A stretch of DNA of 64,000 nt from an uncultured Alphaproteobacteria bacterium (GTDB lineage: Bacteria; Pseudomonadota; Alphaproteobacteria; RF32; CAG-239), in contig CALXUN010000005.1 of NCBI GenBank assembly GCA_944391705.1, positions 19,873-83,872 of the forward strand, in the 5' to 3' direction. How positions within the stretch are numbered: position 1 is the first letter of the stretch; each line of letters begins with the position of its first letter. The notes below the pieces were generated by a model. The model saw nothing but the letters and a program-made list of their open reading frames with translations. It was not told where the DNA came from and ran no database searches. Both the position numbers and the translations under genes were made by a program. Of the stretch, positions 1 to 9,116 are shown piece after piece.

Positions 1-1
1 A

Positions 2-985
2 ATCAACGCCCATACGCAAACCCAAACCGCAGTTGAAACGGTTACACCTGACGTGATTGCTGAAGTGGTTTCCAAATGGACGGGAATTCCGGTTGATAAA
101 TTAATGAGCAACGAAAAAGAAAAACTTTTGGAAATGGAAAAAGTTTTGGCACGCCGCGTGGTTGGTCAGGATGAGGCTATTACGGCCGTGGCCAATGCCG
201 TGCGCCGTTCGCGTTCAGGATTAAATGACCCCAACCGCCCGATTGGTTCTTTCTTGTTTTTAGGTCCGACCGGCGTCGGTAAAACCGAACTCGCCAAAGC
301 TCTGGCTGAATTTTTGTTTGACGAAGAATCGGCATATTTAAGGATTGATATGTCCGAATATATGGAAAAACACGCCGTCGCCCGTTTAATCGGCGCCCCT
401 CCGGGATATGTCGGTTATGACGAAGGCGGGGTTTTGACCGAAGCCGTACGCCGCCGCCCTTACCAGGTAATTTTGTTTGATGAGGTGGAAAAAGCGCATC
501 CGGACGTGTTTAACATTTTGTTACAGGTTTTGGATGACGGTCGTTTAACCGACGGACAAGGACGTACTGTTGATTTTAAAAATACGTTTTTGATTATGAC
601 TTCCAACCTCGGCACCGGCGAAAAAGGCAAAGACGTGCGAGAAATGCTTAAAGGTTTCTTCAGACCGGAATTTATCAACCGGTTGGATGAAATTATTGTT
701 TTTCATGCTTTGGGTAAAGAGCAAATCCGCCAAATCGTGGATATTCAGCTCAAACGTTTGCAAGAGCGTTTAAGCGAACGGCATATTGTTTTGCAGCTTG
801 ATGACAAAGCCAAAGACTGGTTGGCGGAAAACGGTTATGACGAGGCTTACGGCGCACGTCCGTTAAAACGTCTGATTCAGCAGGAAGTGGAAAATCCGCT
901 GGCGGTAAAACTTTTAAATGGTGATATCAGAGATGATTCCACCGTTAAGATTTCCGCCGATAAAACCGGTCTGCTTATCGGATAA
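2..985 (+). CDS. clpB: ClpB disaggregase, C-terminal part (5' end lies outside the window)
   Basis: The frame is open from the window edge. The second AAA+ module is present: Walker A GPTGVGKT, Walker [11 protein letters not shown] and GARPLKR in the small D2 domain. A TAA stop is followed by a hairpin terminator. Confidence 0.93.
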   Translation: MNAHTQTQTAVETVTPDVIAEVVSKWTGIPVDKLMSNEKEKLLEMEKVLARRVVGQDEAITAVANAVRRSRSGLNDPNRPIGSFLFLGPTGVGKTELAKALAEFLFDEESAYLRIDMSEYMEKHAVARLIGAPPGYVGYDEGGVLTEAVRRRPYQVILFDEVEKAHPDVFNILLQVLDDGRLTDGQGRTVDFKNTFLIMTSNLGTGEKGKDVREMLKGFFRPEFINRLDEIIVFHALGKEQIRQIVDIQLKRLQERLSERHIVLQLDDKAKDWLAENGYDEAYGARPLKRLIQQEVENPLAVKLLNGDIRDDSTVKISADKTGLLIG

Positions 986-1008
986 GATAACCGGTTTCAA
1001 GTTAAAAA

Positions 1009-1042
1009 CATCCCCGTTTTGCATTATGCCGGGGATGTTTTT
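1009..1042 (+). terminator. Rho-independent terminator after clpB
   Basis: Stem CATCCCCG / CGGGGATG followed by T5. Confidence 0.7.
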
Positions 1043-1165
1043 ATGTTTGGTATTAAAAATTTAGGGTTGATTCTTTATAATTAATGTTTTATAAGAACGG
1101 CAGTTCGTTTCGGTTCACAAGGCGACAGGGTACCTGGCGCTCGACCGGTTAAAAAAACTTATTAT

Positions 1166-1241
1166 GGGGTTGTAGCTCAGTTGGGAGAGCGACAGGTTCG
1201 CAATCTGTAGGTCAGGGGTTCGATCCCCCTCAGCTCCACCA
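1166..1241 (+). tRNA. tRNA-Ala (anticodon CGC)
   Basis: A 76-nt cloverleaf was folded by hand. The acceptor is GGGGTTG/CAGCTCC with the G3:U70 Ala identity pair. The anticodon loop is TTCGCAA, the T-loop is GGTTCGATCC, and CCA is encoded. Confidence 0.9.
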
Positions 1242-1251
1242 GTTTAACAAA

Positions 1252-1284
1252 CACTTCCGATAAAAATTCGGGAGTGCTTTTTTT
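1252..1284 (+). terminator. Terminator after tRNA-Ala
   Basis: Stem CACTTCCGA / TCGGGAGTG followed by T7. Confidence 0.6.
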
Positions 1285-1296
1285 AATAATATTTCT

Positions 1297-1701
1297 TTAT
1301 TTTATATCTTCTTTCAGGCAGCCTGATTTGTCATCCCATTTCCAACAATCATCACGACAGATTTTTTGCACCGGATCATATACTTTACCAATTTCCAGGC
1401 AATTTACGAATCGGCGCCGCTCAATGATTTCTTCCGTATTATGATACATATAAGCATAAACAGTCAGACAAAGCATAAAAAGCATATAAGCGACAATTTT
1501 GATTTTTTGAAAAAAAGTTAAAATAAAGAAAAACAAACTTGCCGCCATTACCGCATAATATACATTTAAAACATTTGCTTTGGTTCCACCGTTAACAGTG
1601 ATGTAATCAAAAGTAAAAAATGTTAACATCAGAAAAATAACAAATAATTTTATGATGATGTTTAAGAACATTTCTTCTTCAATTTGTACTTTCCTCTTCA
1701 T
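1297..1701 (-). CDS. Hypothetical membrane protein (about 3 TM segments, Cys-rich C-terminus)
   Basis: 134-aa ORF with hydrophobic segments and the tail CLEIGKVYDPVQKICRDDCWKWDDKSGC. It starts 8 nt after the stop of the upstream SAA-like gene. The region is very AT-rich. Confidence 0.5.
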   Translation of the reverse strand: MKRKVQIEEEMFLNIIIKLFVIFLMLTFFTFDYITVNGGTKANVLNVYYAVMAASLFFFILTFFQKIKIVAYMLFMLCLTVYAYMYHNTEEIIERRRFVNCLEIGKVYDPVQKICRDDCWKWDDKSGCLKEDIK

Positions 1702-1709
1702 TTTTCCTT

Positions 1710-2099
1710 CTATTTATACTTTGTATGATGTGTCGGACAAGTTTCTTTTAAACTTTTTCCTGCTTTTGCGCCCTTACGTCCTCTGCGATTGGCTCGTAAA
1801 TCACGAATACTATCTTTCACAGGAAACTTGTTAACCCCTATATCCCACATTTCTTTTACGATACCAAGTTTATCAGCAACAAAGCTTCCATATCTGCCAC
1901 GCATTGCAGCTTCATAATTAGCTTTGCAATGAAAAAACGGATCACTTTCTTTCAGTCTCATTTTTTTCATTAAATCATGGTTACGTTTTAAATCCTTAAC
2001 AGGTGCCATTAAACCAGTTGTGGTTTTCCCTTTTGGGAGGGTATAATTTTTCAAATAATTATCAAGTTCTTTTGCTGTTTTATCTCCATATTCAGGCAT
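1710..2099 (-). CDS. Serum amyloid A (SAA)-like domain protein
   Basis: The internal ATG at 2099 is preceded by AAGGAG. SDPFFHCKANYEAAMRG...DSIRDLRANRRGRKG aligns by eye with vertebrate SAA [17 protein letters not shown]...[15 protein letters not shown]. Confidence 0.6.
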   Translation of the reverse strand: MPEYGDKTAKELDNYLKNYTLPKGKTTTGLMAPVKDLKRNHDLMKKMRLKESDPFFHCKANYEAAMRGRYGSFVADKLGIVKEMWDIGVNKFPVKDSIRDLRANRRGRKGAKAGKSLKETCPTHHTKYK

Positions 2100-2327
2100 T
2101 TTTTCTCCTTTACAAAATTTAATAAATATCATATATAATATATGATAAACAATATACAGAGATTGTCTTTGTCTTTTGCAACCTTTTTACATGTTAAATG
2201 CTTTTTATTTACCGCTTTTATATTTTAACATACCTGATTTTCCAAAAGCCTTGTTTTCCTTTGACACTAATATTATTTTTATTATGATATCAATATATTT
2301 TAATAACATAAAATTAAGGAATTAAAC

Positions 2328-3434
2328 TTGCCGAATCTTGATTTTGTTATAAACGGAGATGTTCTGAAAGTCGCCTTAAGCGGTGACTTTTTGCATTTTG
2401 CCGGTAATCCGGACTTATATCAAACCGCTGGTTCAACCCGGGTTAAAAGCATTATCGTTGACGGGAAAAATATCGGCAAGTGGGATTCTTCTCTGCTTTT
2501 GGTATTATTTGAACTGGCTCAGATTGCTAAACAGCGGCAAATTGTTTTAGAAAAAGACAATCTTCCCCCCGGCTTAAATCGGATGCTTGATTTGTCTTTA
2601 GCCGTTAAACCGCATACCGATACCGTTCTTGCAAACAAAAGCGATTTTCTGGAAAGGCTTGGCGGATGGGGAATTGATATCTGGCAGATTTTCAATAAAG
2701 GACTGGATTTTGTTTTAGAAAATGTCGGTGCTTTGTTTCGTTTCTTAAAAGGCAAAACCGTTACCCGCAAAATAGATTTTTTGTTTGCCCTGGAAGATTG
2801 CGGCCCGAAAGCGGTCGGCATTGTTTCCCTTATCAGTTTTATGGTCGGGCTTATTTTGGCTTTTGTCGGTGCTATCCAGCTTAAAACCTTCGGTGCACAG
2901 ATTTATGTGGCAAGCCTTGTCACCATTGGCATGACCAGGATTATGGGCGCCATTATGGCTGGTGTCATTATGGCCGGACGTACCGGAGCTTCTTTTGCTG
3001 CCACACTCGGTACCATGCAGGTTAATGAAGAAATTGATGCACTTAAAACGATGGGGATCCCTGTTGCCGATTTTTTAATTTTACCCAGACTTGCAGCTTT
3101 GGTGCTGGTTATGCCGCTTTTGACCATGCTGGCTGATTTTATGGGAATGCTCGGCGGCGGATTTGTCGGCATACTTTTATTGGATATTTCTGCCGGCGAA
3201 TATTGGAAATACTCATGGGAAGCCTGGGATATGGTTAACTTCTGGGTCGGTGTTTTCCATGGTTTTGTATTTGGCTTTATTATTGCCTTATGCGGATGTT
3301 ATTACGGCGTTAACAGCGGACGCAATGCCGACGGCGTCGGTGTTGCCACAACAAGAGCCGTGGTTTCTTCCATCGTCTGGATGATTGTTGCAACCGGAGT
3401 GATTACTGCTATCTTTGAAAGGCTTGGAATATGA
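2328..3434 (+). CDS. mlaE: MlaE-family ABC permease with an N-terminal STAS-like extension
   Basis: 368 aa from a TTG start. The multi-TM MlaE-like core follows an N-terminal soluble domain of about 110 aa. The stop overlaps the next start (ATGA). Confidence 0.8.
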   Translation: MPNLDFVINGDVLKVALSGDFLHFAGNPDLYQTAGSTRVKSIIVDGKNIGKWDSSLLLVLFELAQIAKQRQIVLEKDNLPPGLNRMLDLSLAVKPHTDTVLANKSDFLERLGGWGIDIWQIFNKGLDFVLENVGALFRFLKGKTVTRKIDFLFALEDCGPKAVGIVSLISFMVGLILAFVGAIQLKTFGAQIYVASLVTIGMTRIMGAIMAGVIMAGRTGASFAATLGTMQVNEEIDALKTMGIPVADFLILPRLAALVLVMPLLTMLADFMGMLGGGFVGILLLDISAGEYWKYSWEAWDMVNFWVGVFHGFVFGFIIALCGCYYGVNSGRNADGVGVATTRAVVSSIVWMIVATGVITAIFERLGI

Positions 3435-4198
3435 GTACGGATAAAATCACAGCTCATAATCTTAAGGTGGCATACGGCGACAAAGTCATCATTAAAAATG
3501 CCGATTTTGCCGTTAAAGAAAACGACATTTTTATCATTATGGGCGGTTCCGGTTCAGGTAAAAGCAGCTTACTCCGCGTTTTGACCGGATTAATGCCTCC
3601 GGCCGGCGGAACTTTTTATATTAACGGTAAAGATTATCCGAAAGCTGATGCTGAACAAAAACTCGAAATTATGAAAAAAGTCGGTATTTTATATCAAAGC
3701 GGCGGGTTGTTTTCTTCTATGACTTTGGCTGAAAACATCGCCCTGCCCTTGCAAAAATACAGTAATTATCCTGATGAAACCATAAAAGAACTTGTTAATC
3801 TGAAACTTTCTCTGGTCGGGCTCGGTGGTTTTGGCGATTATTATCCGGCCGAAATCAGCGGCGGCATGAAAAAACGCGCCGGCCTGGCCCGGGCGTTGGC
3901 TTTGGATCCGGAAATCGTTTATTTTGATGAGCCCTCTGCCGGTTTAGACCCCGTCAGTTCGGCCCGGCTTGATAATCTGATGAAAGATATTAATCAAAGC
4001 TTAGGCACCACACTGGTTGTCGTTACCCATGAATTGGATTCCATTTTTTCCATCGGCACCAATTCTGTTTTTCTTGATGCTGACAGCAAAACCATTACTG
4101 CCCGCGGAAATCCTCATGAACTCTTAAAAAATCCGCCGAATCAAACCGTTTATAACTTTTTAACCCGAGGGGGAAAAGATGAAAAAAGAACCAAATAA
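3431..4198 (+). CDS. mlaF: MlaF-family ABC ATPase
   Basis: Walker A GGSGSGKSS, signature ISGGMKKR and Walker B VYFDEPSAGLD. Confidence 0.88.
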   Translation: MSTDKITAHNLKVAYGDKVIIKNADFAVKENDIFIIMGGSGSGKSSLLRVLTGLMPPAGGTFYINGKDYPKADAEQKLEIMKKVGILYQSGGLFSSMTLAENIALPLQKYSNYPDETIKELVNLKLSLVGLGGFGDYYPAEISGGMKKRAGLARALALDPEIVYFDEPSAGLDPVSSARLDNLMKDINQSLGTTLVVVTHELDSIFSIGTNSVFLDADSKTITARGNPHELLKNPPNQTVYNFLTRGGKDEKRTK

Positions 4199-4982
4199 AA
4201 AACGCATTGCCATGTTTATCATTTTGGGCTTTGCCGTTATGGCCGGAATTCTCTTGAAAGTAATTGCCGATAAGTGGATAACCGAAAATAAAAATCTGGC
4301 AGTGATGTATTTCTCCGAATCAATAAAAGGCTTAAGCGTCGGTTCCCCTGTCGTTTATGAAGGCGTACAGGTCGGAAAAGTTGTGAATATTGAAATTCTG
4401 ACCAACCCGAAAACGCTTGAGTTCAGCATTCCGGTTTATGTCCGTTTTGCTGAAGACGGCAATATCAGCACGATGAGTTTTGACAAGGAATTAAGCCGGA
4501 GACAAATTTTGCATACCCTGATTGAAAAAGGGCTGCGGGCGCGGCTGACAAATCAAAATTTTTTAACCGGACAGCTGATGATTGAATTGCAAATGCTTCC
4601 TAACACACCGATTATCTTAAAACATGAGCTGACCGAAAAACGTACTGACAGACATGTTTTTGAAATTCCGACCACTTTATCAACCATCGGCAACTTGTCC
4701 AAAGATTTTCAGGATCTGCCGTTAAAACAAATTATCGGCAGAATGGACAATATCCTGGCCGAATTTGAAACCCAGCTGCCCCTTATTCTGCCGCGTTTTG
4801 CCGATTTGGGGCAAAAACTTAACACCTATACCGACCGGTCGGCACCACAGACGGCACAGACGTTAAACCAGTTGAACCGGACTTTAAAAGATGTCGGCGC
4901 GGCCGCCAAATCTCTTAAAAATCTGACCGATTATCTGGAGCGCCATCCTGATGCGCTTTTGAAAGGCAAAAAGGAGAATTAA
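4179..4982 (+). CDS. MCE-domain protein (MlaD/PqiB-like)
   Basis: An N-terminal TM anchor is followed by an MCE-like block (GLSVGSPVVYEGVQVGKV). It overlaps mlaF by 20 nt. Confidence 0.75.
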   Translation: MKKEPNKKRIAMFIILGFAVMAGILLKVIADKWITENKNLAVMYFSESIKGLSVGSPVVYEGVQVGKVVNIEILTNPKTLEFSIPVYVRFAEDGNISTMSFDKELSRRQILHTLIEKGLRARLTNQNFLTGQLMIELQMLPNTPIILKHELTEKRTDRHVFEIPTTLSTIGNLSKDFQDLPLKQIIGRMDNILAEFETQLPLILPRFADLGQKLNTYTDRSAPQTAQTLNQLNRTLKDVGAAAKSLKNLTDYLERHPDALLKGKKEN

Positions 4983-4983
4983 G

Positions 4984-5547
4984 ATGAAAAAATACGCTTT
5001 TTTGTTTGTATCTCTGTTTTTATCCGGATGTTTTGCCGCAACACCCGACAGCCGTTTTTATCTGTTGGAAAACCCCCGACAGGCCGAGGTTGTATCCACA
5101 AAAAAAATCAATATTGCCGTCCAGGATGTTGTTGTACCTTCCTATCTTGACCGGCCGCAGATTGTTCTGCAACGTCAGGAAAACCCCGAACTTAAAATTT
5201 CGGAATTTGACCGCTGGGCATCGGATTTAAATACGATGCTGCAAAATCTTCTGATTGATGACTTGCAAAGCGCCCTGCCCAACGCCGTTGTCAAACCGCT
5301 TAGCTATGGCAGCACGCCACGTTACAGTGTTAGGCTTAACATTGAAAAATTCAGCGGTTGGCTTGGAGATGAAGCCTATTTTAAGGGAAACTGGCAAATC
5401 TTAAATGCCAAAGGGCGCATTTTGTATGAACAGGAAATTAAATTATCGCGTAAAATCGGCAAAACTTACGGAAGTTATGTCGAAACCCAAAGTCAGATGT
5501 TAAATGAAGTTACAAATATGGTTGCAAAAAAAATAATTTCTTTGTAA
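4984..5547 (+). CDS. ABC-transport auxiliary lipoprotein (PqiC/YmbA, DUF330-like)
   Basis: Lipobox LSGC. This is the typical fourth gene of MCE operons and starts 1 nt after the previous stop. Confidence 0.65.
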   Translation: MKKYAFLFVSLFLSGCFAATPDSRFYLLENPRQAEVVSTKKINIAVQDVVVPSYLDRPQIVLQRQENPELKISEFDRWASDLNTMLQNLLIDDLQSALPNAVVKPLSYGSTPRYSVRLNIEKFSGWLGDEAYFKGNWQILNAKGRILYEQEIKLSRKIGKTYGSYVETQSQMLNEVTNMVAKKIISL

Positions 5548-5596
5548 AACATGCAACATAAATTTATTTGAAACTTATTTATTAAAGCGTGAAAAA

Positions 5597-6688
5597 ATGA
5601 GTGTACTAACACAACCGACTTTGGAAATAAATTTGGGCTGCCTGCTTGAAAATTTCCTGACTTTGCAAAAACTCTCCAAACCTTCCGTTGCTGCCGCCGT
5701 GGTTAAAGACGATGCTTACGGTCTGGGTGCAAAACAGGTGGTTGAACTTTTGTATAAATACGCAGACTGTCGGCATTTCTTTGTTGCTCAGGCTGTTGAA
5801 GGTGAAAAAATTGCTCCTTTTGCCGATAAAGCCGTTATTTATGTTTTACAAGGCATGGGGCAGGATAATCTGGAAATTTTTAAACAAAACCCGCAATTGG
5901 TTCCGGTTGTTAATTGTCCGGAAGCCTTTGAATTCTGGAAACAAAACCGGCTGGATAAACGCCAGCCCGTCATTCATATTGAAACCGGCCTGAACCGTTT
6001 GGGTTTCCGTGAGCATGAACTTGAGGCCTTAAGCCAAGCTGACAAAAAAGAATTTTCGCTTGTGATGTCGCATTTGGCATGCGGTGATGAAAAAGACCAC
6101 TTTATGAATGCTTATCAGCTTGAAAATTTCAAACGTCTGAAAAATACATATTTTCCTGATCTTCCGGCTTCTCTGGCCGCTTCCGACGGCATTTTTTTAG
6201 GTAAAGATTTCCAGTGGAACATGGTTCGCTTAGGTGCTGCCATGTATGGTATAAATACCGCACCTTATCGGGAAAACCAAATGAAAAATGTTGTCAGTGT
6301 TACCGCACCCGTATTGCAGATTGCAGATTTGCCCAAAGGGCAATTCGTCGGTTATTCGGCAACTTACCGGGCCAATACAAACCGTAAAGTTGCCATTATT
6401 TCCATCGGTTACGGCGACGGGTTACCGCGTTCGCTTTCCAATGTCGGCAAAGTGTTTTTTAAAAACGGGGGTGTTTTGCATGAAGCACGGATTATCGGTC
6501 GGGTATCTATGGACAATATTATTTGCGATATAACGGGAATCGATAATTTGCAGGTCGGCGATACGGCTTATCTGGCTGCTGATTTCTATACGCTTGATGA
6601 TATGGGGCGCGATGCCGGTACGATTTCTTATGAAATTATGTCGCGGCTGGGTAAAAACCCGCGCTTTATCCGAAAATATATTAAATAA
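5597..6688 (+). CDS. alr: Alanine racemase
   Basis: PLP-lysine motif AAVVKDDAYGLG. The 363-aa length and C-terminal beta-domain pattern fit. Confidence 0.85.
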   Translation: MSVLTQPTLEINLGCLLENFLTLQKLSKPSVAAAVVKDDAYGLGAKQVVELLYKYADCRHFFVAQAVEGEKIAPFADKAVIYVLQGMGQDNLEIFKQNPQLVPVVNCPEAFEFWKQNRLDKRQPVIHIETGLNRLGFREHELEALSQADKKEFSLVMSHLACGDEKDHFMNAYQLENFKRLKNTYFPDLPASLAASDGIFLGKDFQWNMVRLGAAMYGINTAPYRENQMKNVVSVTAPVLQIADLPKGQFVGYSATYRANTNRKVAIISIGYGDGLPRSLSNVGKVFFKNGGVLHEARIIGRVSMDNIICDITGIDNLQVGDTAYLAADFYTLDDMGRDAGTISYEIMSRLGKNPRFIRKYIK

Positions 6689-6693
6689 TTCTT

Positions 6694-8781
6694 TTATCCG
6701 GCGTGATAGGTCTTTAAGGCGCTGTCTTGTTCAAATAAATAAAGTAATATTCTTAACGCCTGCCCGCGCGGCGAGGTAAAATTTTTATCAGTTTGCAAAA
6801 CCAGTTCGGCGTCTTTACGGGCGGTATAAAGCAAATCTTTATGTATGGTTAAATCCGCCAACTTAAACTCACCGAATCCAGACTGGCGGGTACCCAAAAC
6901 TTCACCACCGCCGCGCAGTTCCAAATCCTTTTCGGCAATCAAAAAGCCGTCTTCGCTGTTTTTCATGATATTTAAACGTTCGCGGGCGGTTTCGCTTAAC
7001 GGGACACCATACATCAAAATACAGGTTGAGGCTTCAATGCCGCGTTTAATCCGGCCACGCAACTGATGCAATTGTGCCAGACCAAAACGCTCGGCCTGTT
7101 CAATAATCATGACGGTTGCTTCAGGCACATTAACACCGACTTCAATGACGGTCGTTGCCACCAAAAGCGATATGGCACCGGTACGGAATTGTTCCATTAC
7201 GGTATCTTTTTCCTTTTCTTTCATTTTGCCATGTACCAGTCCAACGCTGTTTCCAAAAATTTTTTGCAAAGAAGCAAAACGTTCCTCAGCCGCCGCCAAA
7301 TCCGTTTTTTCAGATTCTTCAACCAGCGGACAGACCCAGTATGCCCGGCAGCCCGAATCCAGTTTGCGCTTTAATCCGGATATGACATCGGTAATTTTAC
7401 TTAACGGTATGACGCGGGTATCCACCGGTTTGCGGCCTCTGGGCATTTCATCAATTTTGGAATATTCCATATCACCGTATTGGGTCAATACAAGCGTCCG
7501 GGGAATAGGCGTTGCTGTCATAACCAACACATCCGGCTTGTTGCCTTTTCCGGATAATTCCAGACGCTGGTTGACGCCGAAACGATGCTGTTCATCAACC
7601 ACAATACAGGCCAAATCTTTAAATGCGACATCTTCGGTAAACAAAGCATGAGTGCCGATTAAGACATCAATATTTCCGGCTTTCAAATCTGCCAAAATTT
7701 CACTGCGTTTTCTGCCCTTGATTTTTCCGGTTAAAAGTTCGGCACGAATCCCGGTGGTTTGCGCCCATCCGGACATGGTTTCCATATGCTGTTTGGCCAA
7801 GATTTCGGTCGGTGCCATAATGGCCGCCTGAAAGCCGCATTCCACGGCATTAAGCATGGTTAAAAAAGCAACGACCGTTTTGCCGCTGCCGACATCACCC
7901 TGCAAAAGCCGCAGCATTTTATACGGCGCGGCCTGATCTGTTTTAATTTCTTCCCAGACACGTTTTTGGGCAGCGGTCAGTTCAAACCCCAGACTTTCAA
8001 GCAAAATCCGGCTTAAATGCCCGTCGCCCCTGATGGTGCGGCCGGTCTGTTTTTTAACCCGTTCACGCGCCAAAGCCAAAGTCAGCTGATTGGCCAGAAG
8101 TTCGTCATAAGCCAGACGGCGGCGGGCGGGTGCGCCATTTTCCAAATCCGCCGGTTTTTGCGGATGATGGGCTATGTCCAGTGCGGTTTTAAATGAGGGA
8201 AACCCTTCACGGCTCAAAAAGCGTTCATCCTGCCATTCGGGCAAATCCGGCACTCTGGCAAGCGCCTGTTGTTCGATTTTCAGCATTGTTTTATTGGAAA
8301 CGCCGGCACAAAGCGGATAAACCGGTTCAACACTTTTAAGCGCCGGAAGCATCTCAGGCGGCGTTATATAATCAGGATGATTCATCTGTAAGCGGCCGTT
8401 AAATATTTCCAGTTTGCCGCTGATGGCTTTCCGGCTTCCGGACGGCAAACTTTTAGAAAGCGAATCTTTATAATATTTAAAGAAATTCAAAGTCAGTTCC
8501 GTGCCGCTCTCATCAACGGCCGCAACCCGGTAGGGCTGCTTTTTGGTTGCCGGAATTTGGTGCTCTATAATTTTAACCGCTCCGGTCCAAATGCGTCCCG
8601 CCGCTGCCCGGTTCAGCGGCGTGTCATAAGTCCGGTCAACAATGTTTGACGGCAGGTGCCACAATAAATTTATTATCTTTGAGCCGCCGACCAAATTGCA
8701 AACAAGCTTGTTGTAACGACTGCCGACACCTTTTAAATTTTCAATTAAGCCAAACAACGGATTTAAGATTTCCGGACGCAT
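6694..8781 (-). CDS. recG: ATP-dependent DNA helicase RecG
   Basis: GDVGSGKT, DEQHRFG and QLHQLRGR motifs. The start was chosen at the ATG at 8781, preceded by AAAGGAG. The longer ORF start at 8841 is less likely. Confidence 0.9.
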   Translation of the reverse strand: MRPEILNPLFGLIENLKGVGSRYNKLVCNLVGGSKIINLLWHLPSNIVDRTYDTPLNRAAAGRIWTGAVKIIEHQIPATKKQPYRVAAVDESGTELTLNFFKYYKDSLSKSLPSGSRKAISGKLEIFNGRLQMNHPDYITPPEMLPALKSVEPVYPLCAGVSNKTMLKIEQQALARVPDLPEWQDERFLSREGFPSFKTALDIAHHPQKPADLENGAPARRRLAYDELLANQLTLALARERVKKQTGRTIRGDGHLSRILLESLGFELTAAQKRVWEEIKTDQAAPYKMLRLLQGDVGSGKTVVAFLTMLNAVECGFQAAIMAPTEILAKQHMETMSGWAQTTGIRAELLTGKIKGRKRSEILADLKAGNIDVLIGTHALFTEDVAFKDLACIVVDEQHRFGVNQRLELSGKGNKPDVLVMTATPIPRTLVLTQYGDMEYSKIDEMPRGRKPVDTRVIPLSKITDVISGLKRKLDSGCRAYWVCPLVEESEKTDLAAAEERFASLQKIFGNSVGLVHGKMKEKEKDTVMEQFRTGAISLLVATTVIEVGVNVPEATVMIIEQAERFGLAQLHQLRGRIKRGIEASTCILMYGVPLSETARERLNIMKNSEDGFLIAEKDLELRGGGEVLGTRQSGFGEFKLADLTIHKDLLYTARKDAELVLQTDKNFTSPRGQALRILLYLFEQDSALKTYHAG

Positions 8782-8910
8782 AATATTCTCCTTTTTTGCA
8801 ATGTAACAACAAAAGCAAATCTTGTAAACAAAGGAAACCAAAATATGTTATGAAAATATTAAACGCAATAATCGGTTTGCCTGATTTTTATAATATTCAA
8901 CAAACCAAAG

Positions 8911-9001
8911 TTTGTCTTAGTCCGGCATCCATGAACGAACAGCTAAGCCATATTCTTTTGGCCCCTAGTATTCGCCGACGTTGTCGGCTCATATGGGTGA
9001 C
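8911..9001 (+). repeat. Intergenic structured repeat: degenerate module B tail plus module A copy
   Basis: GGCATCCATGAAC (B tail) is followed by GCCATATTCTTTTGGCCCCTAGTATTCG-CCGACgttGTCGG-CTCATATGGGTGAC. See findings. Confidence 0.7.
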
Positions 9002-9025
9002 GGCGTATGTGGAACATATACGCCC

Positions 9026-9073
9026 GGAGAATCTTTAAAGTTGCAAAAAAAAAAAACGGTTTAGAATGACGCG
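9026..9073 (+). promoter_or_regulatory. Conserved 48-nt promoter block upstream of a pilin-like gene (TTGCAA-N15-TAGAAT with an A12 tract)
   Basis: This block is identical to 61320..61367. The -35-like TTGCAA is at 9041-9046, the -10-like TAGAAT is at 9062-9067, and the A12 run is at 9045-9056. Confidence 0.55.
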
Positions 9074-9116
9074 TAAATCTTATTTTATTCATATTCTTTG
9101 CAATTTTGGAGGTTTT

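Noticed and set aside
1242-2327. Calling the tRNA-Ala-adjacent islet a genomic island or integrative element.
   Set aside because: No integrase, transposase or duplicated tRNA 3' end (att repeat) could be found. It is reported only as a compositional and synteny oddity.
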